Positions 62,727 through 64,000 of a stretch of 64,000 nt of DNA are shown here, piece after piece. Made by a program: the position numbers and the translations under genes. The notes below the pieces were generated by a model, which did no database searches, was not told where the DNA came from, and saw nothing but the letters and a program-made list of their open reading frames with translations. Numbering within the stretch: the first letter of the stretch is position 1; each line of letters begins with the position of its first letter. Source of the stretch: Candidatus Poribacteria bacterium (GTDB taxonomy: Bacteria; Poribacteria; WGA-4E; WGA-3G); the NCBI GenBank assembly GCA_965197475.1, contig CBDANF010000003.1, positions 1,152,001 through 1,216,000 of the forward strand, given 5' to 3'.

Positions 62727-63290
62727 ATGAAATTTAGTGTGTGTCTATTCACAGTTATGATCGGTTTAATTTGTGTCTTTAGTGGGTGTTCAGAACCGTT
62801 TGAACCTGTTTCGAGTTCCGGGGTTAAAACCACCCAGGTTGAGGTGCCGGTAAATGCCGAAGGTATCACTGTGGAACAACAGAATATTCGGGATAGGTTG
62901 ATAATGGACAACCAAGTTGGAAGTATCAAGCACCTTTACGTGATATCGGCATACAGCGGGCAAACCATCATCTACTCCACAGTACGAGGAAAGGTGACAA
63001 GCAGCGGTAAGCGGTTGTCACCAACATCCGTGGTTGTCGGTGATCATGACGAGCACAAAGGTCATGGATATTCTGTTATACCCGGTAGTCATCAATTGGT
63101 CACGGACGAAATTGTGCAAGATGATGGTACGTACGGATCATCTACCCCTTATTTGTATTGGTGGGATACCAAAGGTGTTTACCATCAGCACTATGTTTCG
63201 GGTGGACAAATTATTCATGTTTCGAATGAACCCATCAGCGTAAAAGGTGTTGTCATTAACATGGCAATAGAGAAACCAATGTCCGAGTAA
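62727..63290 (+). CDS. Beta-rich lipoprotein of unknown function
   Basis: Lipobox FSGC; RGKVTSSGKRLSP, QDDGTYGSS. Confidence 0.78.
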   Translation: MKFSVCLFTVMIGLICVFSGCSEPFEPVSSSGVKTTQVEVPVNAEGITVEQQNIRDRLIMDNQVGSIKHLYVISAYSGQTIIYSTVRGKVTSSGKRLSPTSVVVGDHDEHKGHGYSVIPGSHQLVTDEIVQDDGTYGSSTPYLYWWDTKGVYHQHYVSGGQIIHVSNEPISVKGVVINMAIEKPMSE

Positions 63291-63416
63291 TTAGTGATCT
63301 TCTCAAGTCCACATTATAAACGAGTTAGAAATGTTAAAAAGATGAGACAATTTTCTGATAAATTAGTGGACACAGTCCTTGAGTTCCAAAAACCCTTATG
63401 AAAGAGGTATATTTTC

Positions 63417-64000
63417 ATGAGTCAAAAGATATATCGTGCAGCAGCAATCGGACATTCCGGTGCCGGAAACTTCGGTCACGGATTACATACTGCATATAAG
63501 AACATAGAAAACGTTGAATTTATCGCTGTCTCTGACCCTGATGAAGCGGGTAGAGCGAAAGCAGTTGAGGAAACAGGTGCATTACGTAGTTACGCTGATT
63601 ATCGTGACATGTTAGAGAAAGAGACATTAGACATTGTGAGTGTTTGTCCGCGCTGGACATCGGAACATCTCGCGATGGTAACAGCTTGTCTTGATGCAGG
63701 ATGTAGTGTTTACTGCGAAAAACCTATGACAAGCACACTTGCAGATGGGGATATAATTGTTAAAACAGCACAAGAACGCGGCGTAAAAGTTGCCGTCGCA
63801 CATCAGGCTGTTTACCTACCGGCGACACATGCTATTAGAAAGATGCTCCAGGATAGCAAGATCGGCACTGTGCAAGCCATCTATGCCAGTGGTAAACAGG
63901 ATAGACGTGGAGGCGGTGAAGATATGATTGTCCTTGGTACGCATTTGTTCAATATGATGCGTTTCTTCGCTGGCGATGTTTCCTGGATGCAATCGCATGT
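63417..64000 (+). CDS. Gfo/Idh/MocA-family oxidoreductase; 3' end outside the window
   Basis: Not in the ORF track. MSQKIYRAAAIGHSGAGNFGHG...YADYRDMLEKETLDIVSVC...VYCEKPM...GGGEDMIVLGTHLF. Confidence 0.92.
   Translation, partial: MSQKIYRAAAIGHSGAGNFGHGLHTAYKNIENVEFIAVSDPDEAGRAKAVEETGALRSYADYRDMLEKETLDIVSVCPRWTSEHLAMVTACLDAGCSVYCEKPMTSTLADGDIIVKTAQERGVKVAVAHQAVYLPATHAIRKMLQDSKIGTVQAIYASGKQDRRGGGEDMIVLGTHLFNMMRFFAGDVSWMQSH

Overview
Bacterial chromosomal window, probably Candidatus Poribacteria or a relative. This is inferred from the LamG and cadherin proteins ending in 'PNxPNPxNPETWIPYQL...RKMLxLK' or 'KxxxxWGxLK' tails, the PQQ propellers and the dense REP/MITE content. In order, the window holds: a partial YyaL/DUF255 gene with an in-frame REP insertion; a DtxR-type regulator, VIT1 exporter and Mn/Zn ABC operon; a poly-C leader ORF ahead of a membrane/TPR/secreted locus cut by adjacent IS5-like and IS3 elements; tRNA-Ala(GGC); two restriction-modification modules; housekeeping genes (tsaB, aroA, tenA, a PhoR-like kinase); a mosaic tandem array of secreted zinc-protease/LamG genes near an orphan Rad52-like annealing gene and a cadherin protein; tandem M16 peptidases between PQQ propellers; a three-gene operon containing a probable CxxU selenoprotein (in-frame UGA plus SECIS-like hairpin) that the ORF track splits in two; a nested REP/MITE cluster; and a phage-like membrane gene pair. 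All calls come from reading motifs by eye; no database searches were run.
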